A stretch of DNA of 64,000 nt, from assembly GCA_963708075.1 (NCBI GenBank), contig OY970194.1, forward strand, positions 4,736,001 to 4,800,000, written 5' to 3'. Positions within the stretch are counted from its first letter, which is position 1, and each line of letters begins with the position of its first letter. The notes under the pieces were generated by a model. That model ran no database searches. It was not told the DNA's origin and was given only the letters and a program-made list of their open reading frames with translations. Of the stretch, positions 1 to 10,360 are shown one piece after another. Source of the DNA: Sedimentisphaerales bacterium (GTDB lineage: Bacteria; Planctomycetota; Phycisphaerae; Sedimentisphaerales; Anaerobacaceae). The position numbers and the translations under genes were made by a program.

Positions 1-864
1 CCACTTGCCGGCATCATCGGCAGCCGGCTTGGTCGTGCCGACCACGTTGAAGTTTGCCACGTGGATATCGGCTGATGAGCCGTTGAACACGAAGGCGTCC
101 TTCTCACTTCCCCCGCCTGTGCCGTTGCCGTTGGAATTGATCTGGATATCGCCGACCATGTCGCCGGGACCGCGAAGATCAATGATCGAGCCACCTCCGG
201 CGACCATGCCGGTTTCCTTATAGGTCCATTGCTCACTCGCGGGGCCGCTGCTAAAGTCGAGTTCCGGATCATGCGAGAGCACGAGGATGCCTGCGCCGCG
301 TTGTCCGGTAGATATCGCGATGGCATGGCGCCACATCTTCACGTTGGGGGCGTTGAACGCCTGGCCGAACAGCAGCGCCACGGGAGGGGCACTGTCGTTG
401 AGGCCCATTCGATTGCCCACCACCTTGACGGCGTTGGGCGCGATGGTCGTCGGGTAGAATTGCCGCTCCTGACGGACCCAGCGTCCGACAACGACCTCGC
501 CGTTCGGATCATTCGACGTATTCGGCGCCACTGTGATCGGCAACTGCGCGGCGTTGTTGCGATGGGCGATGGCGATCGCGTCGTTCATGGCCCGAGGCCA
601 GTCCACCTTGACGTTCAGAGCCCCCGCCAGGGCCCCGGCATCGGCGCCATTGTGCAACTGGTGAGCCGACAGGGCCCCCAGGGCGTAGTCCAGGCTCAGT
701 CCCACGATTCCAACGATAACCAGGATCGTGACGGCCACCCAAACGAGAACCATGCCGCGGCATCGTCGAGCTTGTGACAGCGCATCACATACCCCGCGCG
801 TGACTGAACCAGACGCGGACCGGTGCGCACTCTTATGCACTCCTAGAATACGGCATGTATGCAT
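1..864 (-). CDS. tadG: TadG/Tad-domain pilus assembly protein (3' end runs off the window)
   Basis: Hand-translated, not in the ORF track: MHTCRILG...RRCRGMVLVWVAVTILVIVGIVGLSLDYALGALSAHQLHNGADAGALAGA. This is a pseudopilin-type N-terminus plus the Tad 'LQxAADAAALAGA'-like motif. GGAGGT RBS upstream; frame open to position 1. Confidence 0.85.
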   Translation of the reverse strand, partial: MHTCRILGVHKSAHRSASGSVTRGVCDALSQARRCRGMVLVWVAVTILVIVGIVGLSLDYALGALSAHQLHNGADAGALAGALNVKVDWPRAMNDAIAIAHRNNAAQLPITVAPNTSNDPNGEVVVGRWVRQERQFYPTTIAPNAVKVVGNRMGLNDSAPPVALLFGQAFNAPNVKMWRHAIAISTGQRGAGILVLSHDPELDFSSGPASEQWTYKETGMVAGGGSIIDLRGPGDMVGDIQINSNGNGTGGGSEKDAFVFNGSSADIHVANFNVVGTTKPAADDAGKW

Positions 865-977
865 ACCCCACCTCCATAGTGTCGGGTTGGCCCGATGTTC
901 CGTGTTTGCGATGGCGTTTTCCATACCAATAGAAAGGATAGAGCGACCACGTAGTCAAGACATCAGGACAGGATACC

Positions 978-1007
978 AGTCTACCCCCGGCGGCGTCCCA
1001 ATGTCAA
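978..1007 (-). promoter_or_regulatory. Putative sigma70 promoter for tadG
   Basis: Minus strand TTGACA-18nt-TAGACT. Confidence 0.4.
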
Positions 1008-1136
1008 GTCTTTCTACGGCCCGAGGACTGAAAATGTGCGGGGCGCGACGCAGAGTCACTTACCGGACCACAGGTTATGTCATTGCGAGTCCCTGCGCCG
1101 CTGGGTGGCTGGTGTCGGGAAGAGACTGGATGGTTT

Positions 1137-1381
1137 GGGTGGCATGCTTACGCTCGCGTAAGCATGCCTGGCCCATCGAGTGGAACATGTCCACGCAAGC
1201 GTAGGTACATGTTTAGCCTGGACGCGCCCAGTCCTGGGTGGCACGGGCAAACTTGTTTGCCCGTGGGGTTCTCGATTGACCAGACTCGGTCGAATGAGCA
1301 CCGTCAAACGAGTTTGGCGGTGCCACCCGGCGAACGGCGGGCTTCACGCTAAACACGTCCAAGCGTGGACATGGGACCCGG
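1137..1381. repeat. REP-like palindrome cluster (GGGTGGCA...TGCCACCC family)
   Basis: GGCATGCTTACG-CTCG-CGTAAGCATGCC hairpin plus a GGGTGGCACGGGCAAAC..GTTTGCCCGTG...GGTGCCACCC unit; related copies at 32120, 41855 and 42717. Confidence 0.8.
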
Positions 1382-1519
1382 CGAGGGCCGGCATCGCCCA
1401 CAGGCGAGCGAAGGCCTCCAGGCCGTCAGAAATCGTCCCTTGGGACCGATAACCTGCGGCTCCGCACTGCTGGGACAGGGAACCATCGAAGAAATGCCCT
1501 TAAAGAGACGGAAAAGTTC

Positions 1520-1548
1520 TTGACAAATCGTGCCCGTCAGGGTAGTAT
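1520..1548 (+). promoter_or_regulatory. sigma70 promoter of the flp/tad operon
   Basis: TTGACA (1520-1525)-17nt-TAGTAT (1543-1548). Confidence 0.65.
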
Positions 1549-1799
1549 TGAAACCCTAGGGATGGACTCCCTGGAAATTCAATTCTGATTCGCTGCAACG
1601 GAAGCAGGATCGTCAGAACCGGATATTCTACTCGGCGTAAAGGGGTGTGAGCAGGAGCCCCTGCTGAGAGATGTCAAAGTCAATGGTGGCTGTCAGTATC
1701 TGTATGTACACACTCGCCAATGCCGGGAGCGGTGTCGCTATCGGTACAGTGACCTTCGGCGCAGTGAGAAATAGAACTCTTGAGATTTGGAGGACGCAA

Positions 1800-1969
1800 A
1801 TGAACACATTAAGGAGATTTTTCAGGGACGAGCGCGGATCGAGCTCTCAGAGTACGTCGTGGCGCTGGGGTTGATCCTGGTGGTCGCGTTCGTCGTGATC
1901 ACGGCACTCGGCAACCAGATCGTACGCATCTTCAACTTGGTGGTGACCAAGCTCACAAGCGTTTCGTAG
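1800..1969 (+). CDS. flp: Flp family type IVb pilin (apparent 1-nt frameshift near 1838)
   Basis: GGAGGA RBS, then MNTLRRFFRDERG in one frame and IELSEYVVALGLILVVAFVVITALG... in another. Joining them gives the classic Flp G/xxxxEY motif and hydrophobic helix. Confidence 0.85.
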
Positions 1970-1972
1970 CAG

Positions 1973-2569
1973 GTGAGCGCGAACCTGTTGGAAATAGTCT
2001 CGGCTTGCTCAAGAGAAGTCACCTTGTTGCAGTGGAGCGTGGTAATCGGCGCTTCACTGACAGGTGCGGTTTGGGACGTAAGGAGCGGCCGAATCCCGAA
2101 TTGGCTGACGCTGCCCGCGGCCGGCCTGGGTCTGGCTTATATGGCCTGGCACCACGGGTTGCACGGTCTCGGTGAGAGTGCCGTGGGATGGGCCGCGTTG
2201 GCCCTGCCGTATATCGTGCTCTTTATCATGGCTCGCGGGGGCGCCGGCGATGCCAAGATGATGGGCGCGGCAGGAGCGTGGTTGGGCATCCAGCCGGGCT
2301 TGGTAGTACTGGTGTGTGTAGGCGCCGCCGGCGCGGTTTTCGGGCTGGCACGGATGCTCGCGCACGGGCGACGCAGGATGCTGTTTGGAAACATGTGGGC
2401 ATCGCTGTATGTGTTCATGGGCGCCCTGTGCGGCGGGCCAGAGGGATGGAACTCGGTAAACGATAAGCCTGGCGAGGCTCCGCCCGCGCAGGCAACAGAT
2501 GGAACGGTTCCATATGGCGTCCCCATATTCCTGGGGGTGTGCGTGGGGGCGTTTCTGGTGCACGTATGA
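1973..2569 (+). CDS. cpaA: Prepilin peptidase, A24 family (CpaA/TadV)
   Basis: WDVRSGRIPNWLT, GGAGDAKMM and VPYGVPI motifs; directly after flp. Start codon uncertain. Confidence 0.88.
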   Translation: MSANLLEIVSACSREVTLLQWSVVIGASLTGAVWDVRSGRIPNWLTLPAAGLGLAYMAWHHGLHGLGESAVGWAALALPYIVLFIMARGGAGDAKMMGAAGAWLGIQPGLVVLVCVGAAGAVFGLARMLAHGRRRMLFGNMWASLYVFMGALCGGPEGWNSVNDKPGEAPPAQATDGTVPYGVPIFLGVCVGAFLVHV

Positions 2570-2985
2570 TCAGGATGATTAAGAAGAAACGAGCGTGGGC
2601 TCGCGGCGCGACCCTGGTGGAAATGGCCGTCGTGTTTCCGTTGCTGCTCATGGTGACGCTGGGGGCCATCAAGTACGGCTGGCTTTTTCTGAAGGCCCAG
2701 CAGATGACGAATGCGGCACGAACGGCGGCGCGCCTGGCCATCCTTCCCGATGCGGACGCAGGGGAAGTGAGCACGGCCATCACAAACCTGTTAGCTGGTG
2801 CAGGCATTACGACATACACGTTGGACCCCACCCTGTCGGTGGCCGGTCCAATCGTGACTGTAGGCATTCGAGTCGATCCCACCACAGTGGATCTGATTCC
2901 CGGTTACTTGCCGAACCCGTCGAGTCTCTATGTCCGCGTCACGATGGCCAAAGAAGGTATGCCCACAGGGCCGTTCACGCCTTAA
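2566..2985 (+). CDS. tadE: TadE-like pseudopilin
   Basis: RGATLVEMAVVFPLLL...NAARTAARLA motif; ATGA overlap with the cpaA stop. Confidence 0.88.
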   Translation: MIRMIKKKRAWARGATLVEMAVVFPLLLMVTLGAIKYGWLFLKAQQMTNAARTAARLAILPDADAGEVSTAITNLLAGAGITTYTLDPTLSVAGPIVTVGIRVDPTTVDLIPGYLPNPSSLYVRVTMAKEGMPTGPFTP

Positions 2986-3010
2986 GTTCAAGAACAGAAG
3001 AGAGGATCAA

Positions 3011-4042
3011 ATGAAACTGGCAGCGGTGGTATTGGTTATGCTGGGGCTCGTGGCGGCCGGCGCGGTGGTTGTCCTTGTGCAAATGACGGTGCTCAACCGT
3101 GGCGGGGTCAAAGAGGCGCCGACGATCGAGGTACTCGTGGCGCTGGCGGACCTGCCGGCCCGGACACAGATCACAGGCGACCACGTGGCGGTCAAGCGGA
3201 TGCCCAAGACAGGACTGCCGGAGGGGTATTTCGTTAATCCGTCCCAGGCCATCGGCAAGATTCTGAAACTGGCCGTGGCCAAAGACCAGCCTCTGGCCGG
3301 ATCGCATTTCGTGATGAAGACCGGCGTTGACGACCTGCTGCGGCCAGGCATGCTCGCGTTTCAGATCCCCCTGTCCCGCGGCGCGACCCCGGTGGACCTG
3401 CTCTACCCCGGCTGCTTCGTGGACGTGTTTGCGACGTTCCCCCTGTACGACCGGCAGAAGGGCGAGGCGGTGGTGACACCCCTGCTGCAGAACATCCGCG
3501 TGCTGGGTGTCCGGGATGAAACGGTGGTCACACCCACGGACGCGAAAAGCGGAGGGGCCATAGGCAGTCCCCGTGGCGCCGGAGATTGCACGGTGACGCT
3601 TGAGGTCAATTCGCGGCAGGTGGCAGCCCTTCAACTGGCCCTGCTGCGCGGCACCATGGGGCTGGCCATGCGAAACGCGCTGGATAAGGACTGGAACCCG
3701 ATGGAGCCGATGGTAGTGAAGGAAGGCCAGTTGACCGCGGCCAGCGAGGCCCTTGATCCGGCGACCCTGGCCCTGTTCGGCCGAATCCAGCAGATGCTGA
3801 CCGGGACCGACCCGACGGCGAGCGCCAGTGCCGAGCCGAAGTTGGCGGCCGATCCGAACGCAGTCGCCAAACCTGCTCCGGCAGGACCGCCGGTCCCCGA
3901 GTATTTCGCAGCCGCCCAGCAGCAAAAGCATGCCTGGCCCATGACCATCATTCGAGGCCAGAAAGTCGAAGAGACAGAACTTAACCTGGACGACAAGGAT
4001 CCAAACAAGGAAGGTGCTGAAACGCAAGGAGAGCGTAAATAA
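3011..4042 (+). CDS. cpaB: Flp pilus assembly protein CpaB/RcpC
   Basis: N-terminal TM segment, SAF-like region, LYPGCFVDV and LLQNIRVLG motifs; GAGGA RBS. Confidence 0.9.
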   Translation: MKLAAVVLVMLGLVAAGAVVVLVQMTVLNRGGVKEAPTIEVLVALADLPARTQITGDHVAVKRMPKTGLPEGYFVNPSQAIGKILKLAVAKDQPLAGSHFVMKTGVDDLLRPGMLAFQIPLSRGATPVDLLYPGCFVDVFATFPLYDRQKGEAVVTPLLQNIRVLGVRDETVVTPTDAKSGGAIGSPRGAGDCTVTLEVNSRQVAALQLALLRGTMGLAMRNALDKDWNPMEPMVVKEGQLTAASEALDPATLALFGRIQQMLTGTDPTASASAEPKLAADPNAVAKPAPAGPPVPEYFAAAQQQKHAWPMTIIRGQKVEETELNLDDKDPNKEGAETQGERK

Positions 4043-4106
4043 AGGACTGAGCCGGCAGTGGCAGGCTCGTACAATCAATCCGTGTTCCGTTAGCAGAGGT
4101 GGCTTT

Positions 4107-5672
4107 ATGCGTGGTGCGGGAAGAAAAGTGCCTGTGACAGCCCATTCCATCCTGTGGCTGGTGACCGTGGTTACTATTCTGGGATCCTTCGGAACCGCCA
4201 TGGCGGCGTCGGACCCGAGCGGCGAAGAAATCGTCCTCATCGTCGGCCGCTCCGTGGTCATCCGCACGCCCTGGCCCACCGTCCGGGTCGCCGTGACCGA
4301 TCCCAAGATCGCCAACGTCGAGGCGCTCACCCCCGAGCAGGTGCTCGTACAGGGATTGAGTGTCGGCACCACCGACCTGATCCTCTGGGCCGAGGGCGAG
4401 CAGCAGAGCCGCCAGCAGCGCGTCGTCGTGAAGATGGATCTCGAGGCCATCCGCCTGCGGCTGGAAAAGCTCTTTCCCACCGCCCAACTGCAACTGACCG
4501 ACGCAGGCGAGGTGCTTGTCCTTCAGGGCCTGCTGCGAAGCGCGGATGACGCCGAGCAGCTCAGCCGCTACCTGGAGACCGCCAAGCTCACCTACGTGAA
4601 CATGACCAGCGTCGCCGGCGTGCAGCAGGTGGAGCTGCAGGTCCGCGTGGCGGAAGTCAGCCGGGCGGCATTGCGCAGCTTGGGCATGAACTGGTTTGCC
4701 ACAGGCAATGATGGCTTCTTCGGCCAGCGCGTCGGCGCCAGCGGCGCCGGCTCGCTCGTTCCGGGCATGGACATTGGAGTCCCGGCGGAGACCCCGGCGA
4801 CCGGCGACCTGCCTTTCCAGTTCCTCTCCGACACCTCCGTGACTCCCGGCGTGAGCATGTTCGCGGGCTTTCCCCGCGCCAACCTTGAGGTCTTTATCCA
4901 GGCGTTGGCCGAGAACCAGTACCTGCGAATCCTGGCGAACCCAACCCTGGTGGCCCTGAGCGGCGAGCAGGCCGACTTCCTGGCCGGCGGGGAATTCCCC
5001 ATTCCCGTTGTCCAGAGCGGAGCCGCCAGCAATGCGATCACCATCGAGTATAAGGAATTCGGCGTGCGGCTGAGCTTCCGTCCCGTGGTCCTGGGCGACG
5101 GCGCCATCCGGTTGCGTGCGATGCAGGAAGTGAGCCAGTTGACCGACGTCGGCGCCGTAGTGGTCCAAGGGTTCCAGGTTCCCGCGCTGGTGACGCGACG
5201 GGCGGAAGCGACCCTGGAGCTGCAAAGCGGTCAGTCCTTCGCGATGGCCGGTTTGCTGCAGCGCACCGACAACGCGGTGGTTTCCCGCATCCCCGGCCTG
5301 GGCGATCTGCCCGTGCTGGGCCCGCTGTTCCGCTCCGTGCGATATCGCCAGGAGGAAACCGAGCTGGTGATCCTGGTCACCGCATCGCTGGTGGAACCCC
5401 TGTCGCTGGCCCAGACGCCGCCGTTGCCCGGAGTGACCCATACGGCCCCGGATGACTGGGAGCTCTATCTTGAAGGCCGCATCCATGGCAGGCAGCCGGC
5501 GAAACTCGACCCGGCCAGCACCCAGTGGCTCAAGGACATGGGACTCGATCAACTCGTCGGGCCCGGAGCCTGGGCCACCTACGGCGAATCCTGCCCGGCG
5601 ACGGAATCGGCATGCCCGGCCAGTGCTCCGGCAGAGTCTGAAGCAGGCGGCAAAACCGAAGAGCAGAAGTAA
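4107..5672 (+). CDS. cpaC: Flp pilus secretin CpaC/RcpA
   Basis: QVELQVRVAEVSR, FLAGGEFPIP, EYKEFGVRLSF and IPGLGDLPVLGPLFRS secretin motifs. Confidence 0.92.
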   Translation: MRGAGRKVPVTAHSILWLVTVVTILGSFGTAMAASDPSGEEIVLIVGRSVVIRTPWPTVRVAVTDPKIANVEALTPEQVLVQGLSVGTTDLILWAEGEQQSRQQRVVVKMDLEAIRLRLEKLFPTAQLQLTDAGEVLVLQGLLRSADDAEQLSRYLETAKLTYVNMTSVAGVQQVELQVRVAEVSRAALRSLGMNWFATGNDGFFGQRVGASGAGSLVPGMDIGVPAETPATGDLPFQFLSDTSVTPGVSMFAGFPRANLEVFIQALAENQYLRILANPTLVALSGEQADFLAGGEFPIPVVQSGAASNAITIEYKEFGVRLSFRPVVLGDGAIRLRAMQEVSQLTDVGAVVVQGFQVPALVTRRAEATLELQSGQSFAMAGLLQRTDNAVVSRIPGLGDLPVLGPLFRSVRYRQEETELVILVTASLVEPLSLAQTPPLPGVTHTAPDDWELYLEGRIHGRQPAKLDPASTQWLKDMGLDQLVGPGAWATYGESCPATESACPASAPAESEAGGKTEEQK

Positions 5673-5741
5673 AGAAGTTCCGGTCCTTGAGGCGACGCTG
5701 ATGCGGCCTCCGGGACCCAGTATTGGGGGGGTATCGTTCGT

Positions 5742-6905
5742 ATGAGAAAAGTCGATGTATTGCTGCTGACAAAGGACAAAGGAACGGCCACGGCGACGCA
5801 GTCGGCCCTGGGCGCCGGTGCGCTCGGCGCATCGACGAGCGTCTGTGAAGACATCATCGAGCTGCGGAGCCAACTGTCGAAGCCGCCAGGCAAAGTGCCG
5901 TTTGACATCGCGGTCGTCGATATCGACGCCAACCCCGAGCACGTCCTGTTCGAGCTTGGCAAGGTGGTCACCGGCAATCCGCAGACGCGGTTCGTCGTGC
6001 TGTCCAGGAACTTCGATGAGAAGCTCGTGCTCCAGGCCATGCAGGTGGGGGCTAGGCACTTCCTGAGGAAGAGCTCCATCGAGTCGGAGCTGGACAAAGT
6101 CATCGAGAGCCTGATCGTCCAGGAAGATCGGCCCTCCACACACCTGGCCGATGTCATCTCCGTGCTCTCGTGCAGCGGCGGCAGCGGCGCGACCACCGTG
6201 GCGGTGAACCTGGCTACCGAACTGCAGATCGCCACGTCGAAATCGGTGCTGGTTGCCGATCTGGACCCTCACTATGGCTCGGTGGCCTCCTATCTCGGCA
6301 TAAAAGGCAACTACGGCATCGCGCACATCCTGAACCGGGAGGGGCCGATCGACAGGCACGTGATCGAGTCCACCATGCTCACGTACATGGAGGGTTTCGA
6401 CGTGCTGCTGAGTCCCGCCTCGGCCGAGGCGGACAAGGGGCAGCCGATGAATTACGACAACCTGCCCAAGGCCCTGGCGGCCTGCAGGGAATCCTACCGC
6501 TACGTCGTTCTGGATGCGCCGCGTCTGCCCGCCCAGACGGTCGCCGACCTGGCGTCCGTGAGCCGGGTGGCCGTGATCGTGTTTCAGTTGACCGTGCGGG
6601 ACGTGACTTTTGCCGGCTCCCTGATCAAGTCCCTGATGGAGAACGGCATGGCGAAAGAGCAGATTGTGCCGCTGGCCAACCGGGTCAGGCGCCGCGGTCC
6701 GCTGCTCAGACTCGCCGACAGTGAACGAGCCATCGGGTCCAGTTCCCTGATGAGCATCCGCAGCGACTGGGTCAAGGCCATGAAGAGCATCAATCATGGG
6801 CAGCCGCTGGCCAAGATGGCGCGGCGGTCCCGGCTGCGACGCGATTTTCGCAAGCTGGCGGACAGGGTCCAGCAACTGACGGCCAATGGCGACTCACAAG
6901 GTTAA
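5742..6905 (+). CDS. cpaE: CpaE/TadZ: receiver-like domain plus MinD/ParA-like ATPase
   Basis: AMQVGARHFL, degenerate Walker A SGGSGATT, VLVADLD; tad context. Confidence 0.88.
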   Translation: MRKVDVLLLTKDKGTATATQSALGAGALGASTSVCEDIIELRSQLSKPPGKVPFDIAVVDIDANPEHVLFELGKVVTGNPQTRFVVLSRNFDEKLVLQAMQVGARHFLRKSSIESELDKVIESLIVQEDRPSTHLADVISVLSCSGGSGATTVAVNLATELQIATSKSVLVADLDPHYGSVASYLGIKGNYGIAHILNREGPIDRHVIESTMLTYMEGFDVLLSPASAEADKGQPMNYDNLPKALAACRESYRYVVLDAPRLPAQTVADLASVSRVAVIVFQLTVRDVTFAGSLIKSLMENGMAKEQIVPLANRVRRRGPLLRLADSERAIGSSSLMSIRSDWVKAMKSINHGQPLAKMARRSRLRRDFRKLADRVQQLTANGDSQG

Positions 6906-6918
6906 GGAGACAGTAGGC

Positions 6919-8256
6919 ATGTTTGAAAAAGTCCCCGAACGGACGGACGGCGCCGAGGCACTGCGGATGAAAGCGCGGGTGCACCGCAAGCTTCTGCAGG
7001 TCATCGATCTCACCGAGGCGCGCCGCGTGCCTATCGAGCAGTTGCATCGCCAGTGTGCCGACCGTGTCGATATCCTTCTGCGCGATGAGAAGATTCCCCT
7101 GTCGGGCCCCGAGAAGCAGCAGCTCATCCGCGACGTGATGGATGAAGTGTTCGGATACGGCCCCCTCGACGCCTTCCTGCGGGACCCCTTCATCAGCGAT
7201 ATTCTGGTCAATGGCCCGCATAAAATCTATATCGAGAAGCAAGGAAGGCTGGAGGCGACGGACGCCGCATTCCTTGACAACGACCACCTGCTCCGCGTGA
7301 TTCGCCGCATTGCCGACAGCGTCGGCCGGAGAATCGATGAGAGCGCGCCGATGCTCGATGCGCGGCTGCCGGACGGCTCCCGCGTCAACGCGGTCATCCC
7401 CCCCCTGGCGCTCGATGGACCGGCCCTGAGTATCCGCCGCTTCGGCACCAAGCCTCTGGACATGGAGAGGCTCCTCGAGGTGGACGCCTTGCGGGAGGAG
7501 ATGGCCCACTTCATCGAAGCGTGCGTGCGATGCAAGCTGAACATCCTGATCTCGGGCGGCACCGGAACGGGAAAGACCACGCTGCTCAACGCTCTGTCCC
7601 GGTGGGTTCCGGAGGGTGAGCGTCTGGTGACCATCGAGGACGCCGCCGAGCTGCAGCTCCAGCGGGAGCACGTGGTGCGTCTGGAGACCAGACCCGCGAA
7701 CATTGAAGGCAAGGGCGCGGTGACGCAGCGCGACCTGCTCCGCAACACCCTGCGTATGCGTCCCGACCGGATCATCATCGGCGAAGTCCGCGGCAGCGAA
7801 ACGCTGGACATGTTACAGGCCATGAACACCGGCCACGAGGGCTCCATGACCACCGTCCACGCCAACAACCCAAGAGACGCGTTGCGCCGGCTCGAGAACA
7901 TGGTGAGCATGGCGGGGATCAACTACCCGATCCACGCGATCCGGGAGCAGATTGGCTCGGCGTTGAACATCATGATCCATCTGGCCCGCATGGCAGGCGG
8001 CCAGAGGAAGATCGTTCAGATCGAGGAGATCACGGGCCTGGAGGGCGACACCATCTGCCTCCACGACATCTTCCGCTTCAATCAGCAGGGAGTGGATGAC
8101 AAGGGGAACGCCTACGGTGAGTTCGAGGTCTGCGGCGTGCGCCCGCACGTCCTGGGCAAGCTCAGGGCCTTTGGCGTAGAGATGCCGCCGGACATGTTCC
8201 AGCGCCGCATCCTTCCCAAGAGGGCCCCACGCCGACCGGCCCCGGCACGCGTTTAG
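6919..8256 (+). CDS. cpaF: CpaF/TadA pilus assembly ATPase
   Basis: [57 protein letters not shown]. Confidence 0.95.
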   Translation: MFEKVPERTDGAEALRMKARVHRKLLQVIDLTEARRVPIEQLHRQCADRVDILLRDEKIPLSGPEKQQLIRDVMDEVFGYGPLDAFLRDPFISDILVNGPHKIYIEKQGRLEATDAAFLDNDHLLRVIRRIADSVGRRIDESAPMLDARLPDGSRVNAVIPPLALDGPALSIRRFGTKPLDMERLLEVDALREEMAHFIEACVRCKLNILISGGTGTGKTTLLNALSRWVPEGERLVTIEDAAELQLQREHVVRLETRPANIEGKGAVTQRDLLRNTLRMRPDRIIIGEVRGSETLDMLQAMNTGHEGSMTTVHANNPRDALRRLENMVSMAGINYPIHAIREQIGSALNIMIHLARMAGGQRKIVQIEEITGLEGDTICLHDIFRFNQQGVDDKGNAYGEFEVCGVRPHVLGKLRAFGVEMPPDMFQRRILPKRAPRRPAPARV

Positions 8257-8367
8257 AGTGGAGGCCCGACAGCACAGGGAATTCCGGGGTTTGACCGTCT
8301 CGGTCGAATCCCGTGGGAACAATGAAACAGACGGGACAAGGTAAGTGTTACAGGGATTGAGATAGAC

Positions 8368-9345
8368 GTGATTGCACAGGACTTGATCCACACAATTCTG
8401 CTGGTGTCGCTTTTCGTGCTGGTGTTCTGCGGCTGGAGCATCTGCGTCATCCTGTGGATGGTTCAGTATGTCAGGCGTCGAAGGCAGGTCCAGAAGCGGA
8501 TCGGCCTCGGGGATCGCGACGTCGAACGCTCCCAGGTGCTGCAATTGTGGCGGGACGAGCATTGGGCCAAGCAGGAGCACGTGGAAAAAAAGCGAGAGGC
8601 CTGGGGAGAGCGTCTGGAGCGACTGCGGGCCAATGCAGGATGGAAGACTTCCGCCCAGGTCGTGCTTCTGATCGTGGTCGGAATAGCCGCCCTGGCGTTT
8701 GCGGTCGTCACCGTGCTCGGGTACGGAACGTGGCTGGGCATAACGGCCTCGCTGGTCATCCTCCTGGGGTTCAGGACCCTCACCCGAAAGCGGATCGCGA
8801 GCCGGCTCGCCCTGTTCGACAGGCAGTTCGTGGATTCCCTGCGGATCGCGGCCCGGGCCCTTCGCGCCGGCCACCCGCTGGTGGGCGCCTTTCAGTCGAT
8901 CTCTGAGGAGATCAGCGAGCCCATCGGCCCGATCTTCGGGGAGATCTGCCAGGAGCAGGCCCTGGGGCTCGATATCCAGGAATCCATGCGACGAATGGCG
9001 GATACGACGCGCAACGCCGATCTGAAACTGTTCGCCACGGCTGTGAATATCCAGATGACCACCGGCGGCAACCTGGCGGAGCTCATGGACAGTCTGGCCG
9101 CCGTGATGCGGTCGCGCATGCGGCTGAACCGCAAGGTCCGCGTCTTGACTGCCTCCACGCAATTGAACAAGCAAACGTTGATCGCAATCCCCATATTCCT
9201 GTTCGTGCTCCTGAATGTTATGTCGCCGGATTACATGGAGGTGTTCTACGTCACCTGGGCCGGCAGATTCATGCTGGTGGCGACTGGCATCAGCGTCCTG
9301 CTCGGGGCCTGGGTGATGGAGAAACTCGCAGTGTTACGGTATTAG
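8368..9345 (+). CDS. tadB: TadB, T2SS-F family membrane protein
   Basis: ARALRAGH and QMTTGGNLAE motifs; TM helices. Confidence 0.9.
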   Translation: MIAQDLIHTILLVSLFVLVFCGWSICVILWMVQYVRRRRQVQKRIGLGDRDVERSQVLQLWRDEHWAKQEHVEKKREAWGERLERLRANAGWKTSAQVVLLIVVGIAALAFAVVTVLGYGTWLGITASLVILLGFRTLTRKRIASRLALFDRQFVDSLRIAARALRAGHPLVGAFQSISEEISEPIGPIFGEICQEQALGLDIQESMRRMADTTRNADLKLFATAVNIQMTTGGNLAELMDSLAAVMRSRMRLNRKVRVLTASTQLNKQTLIAIPIFLFVLLNVMSPDYMEVFYVTWAGRFMLVATGISVLLGAWVMEKLAVLRY

Positions 9346-9360
9346 GGTCCGTGTTGTCCT

Positions 9361-10307
9361 ATGTTCACACGATTCATCGAAGATTACGTTATGAAGGTAA
9401 CCGCGTCGCAGGCGCTGCTGGCCGTCCTGGCGTTCGCCTCTGTCATATTCATCGGGGCCAGCATCATGTTCCTGCGCGAGCAGCATCAGCGGGCCGTGCG
9501 CAAGAGATTGGCGATGGCCGGTTCGCTGGACGTCCCGGTGACGAGCACCCGGGAATCCCGGTTCCTGCGATTCGTCGAGCAGATCGGCAATTTCATCTCC
9601 CACGGCCACGCCAGTACGAGTCTGTGGGAGCAGATGATCCGGGCCGGCTACATGAGCCGGGCGCACCGGCGATCTACACAGGGGTCAAGATGCTCTTTTT
9701 TGCCATCGGCCTGGCGCTCACGGCCTTTTTCGTCCTCCCCGGTGAGCAGAGCACCGTGCAGAAAACCGTGTGGATTTCCCTCGGCGGATTGATCCCGTTC
9801 TTCGTGCCCAACTTCGCCGTCCTGATTCGCGAGAGGAAACGACGGGAGGAAATCCGACAGCATCTGCCCGATGCGATCGACCTGCTGGAGATCTGCGTGT
9901 CGGCGGGAATCGGGTTGGACATGGCCTGGAACCTGGTGGCTGACGAAATCCGCCATGTCAGTTCCGTGCTGGGCAGCGCCATGGACCTGAGCAACTTCGA
10001 GATGCACCTGGGGGCGAGCCGGACGGAGGCCATGCGGAATATGGCGACCCGCACCGGCGCCGAACAGCTTACCTCCCTGGCCGCGATCCTCGTGCAAAGC
10101 GAGCGGTTCGGAACCAGTGTGGCCGACACCCTGCGGGAATTCGCCACGTGGATGCGGGAGGAACGCCATTTGACCGCAGAAGAACGAGCCGAGAAGATGC
10201 CCGTAAAGATGCTCTTCCCGATGGCCCTGTTCATTTTCCCTGCCATCATGGTCATTGCGATAGGACCGGCCATGATCCATATAACGCGTACACTGGCAAC
10301 ACAATAG
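9361..10307 (+). CDS. tadC: TadC, T2SS-F family protein (apparent 1-nt frameshift near 9660)
   Basis: The N-terminal frame (9361; ...EQMIRAGYMSR) joins the C-terminal frame (GAPAIYTG...LPDAIDLL...QSERFGTSVADTLR...AEERAEKMPVKMLFP). Confidence 0.88.
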
Positions 10308-10360
10308 TCAAGAAGACCTCCGATCGTCGGAGGCCTGTGAGAGAACAAGGAGAATGTCGT

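Noticed and set aside
229..1452. Plus-strand ORFs at the window start
   Set aside because: They overlap the minus-strand tadG gene or are made of REP sequence.
1555..1799. Known c-di-GMP or c-di-AMP riboswitch before flp
   Set aside because: The conserved GEMM and ydaO consensus elements are not recognisable by eye.
3981..6875. Long antisense ORFs (e.g. 964 aa here, 825 aa at 45105-47582, 582 aa at 23979-25727)
   Set aside because: They are shadows of well-supported genes on the opposite strand in GC-rich DNA and have no recognisable motifs.
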